Positions 63,871 through 64,000 of a DNA stretch of 64,000 nucleotides are shown here, in pieces. Under the pieces are notes generated by a model that was given only the letters and a program-made list of their open reading frames with translations, did no database searches and was not told the DNA's origin. The position numbers were made by a program, and so were the translations under genes. Origin of the DNA: Spirochaetales bacterium. Its GTDB lineage: Bacteria > Spirochaetota > Spirochaetia > JABEVK01. The stretch spans positions 24,986 to 88,985 of the forward strand of contig JBAXAI010000015.1 in assembly GCA_037142615.1 (NCBI GenBank), read 5' to 3'. Every line of letters starts with the position of its first letter. Within the stretch, counting starts at the first letter, position 1.

Positions 63871-64000
63871 GCGCAGCGAAGCAGGGCCGTTTTCAGTGCC
63901 AGCGAAGCGAAGCACGCCCCCAGGCCAGCGAAGCGGGGCCTATTGCGTGCCAGCTGAAGAGGTGCCAGCGAAGCGCCGCACCGAATAGCCACCATGCCAG
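63871..64000. repeat. Array of (GC)CAGCGAAGC motifs with unique spacers, truncated by the window end
   Basis: CAGC(T)GAAG at 63874, 63900, 63926, 63951 and 63966; partial GCCAG at 63996. Confidence 0.65.

Overview
High-GC bacterial chromosome segment, most likely from a free-living spirochaete (Spirochaetales). The inference rests on the stand-alone groEL and rpsD, the def-fmt-PASTA-birA cluster, the PilZ-comEC-rsmA cluster and a lipoprotein/FadL-like barrel pair. Most of the window is housekeeping: groEL, rpsD, class II photolyase, 4 tRNAs, dus, ribA, tal, tyrA, pta, metA/cysK, dapBA, accBCDA, fabZ/fadD, ligA, MATE and an Opp/Dpp ABC operon. A partly decayed glycan-utilisation region lies at about 17.2-30.3 kb. 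I found no integrase, transposase, prophage, CRISPR-Cas or defence system, and I cannot claim a clearly new multi-gene system. The most unusual signals are sub-genic: (1) a pervasive leaderless-mRNA signature at about 13 gene starts, including a palindromic back-to-back -10 serving two genes 19 bp apart; (2) an in-frame, hairpin-built 60-bp tandem expansion inside the essential fmt gene, with a similar 22-bp hairpin triplication at a convergent gene junction; (3) two ERIC-like 128-141 bp fold-back elements sharing a 25/26-nt core; (4) pseudogenes collapsed by serial internal deletions; (5) an in-frame comEC-rsmA fusion with an internal promoter; (6) a GCGAAGC mini-hairpin array at the right edge. 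All protein calls come from motif recognition by eye; no database search was run.
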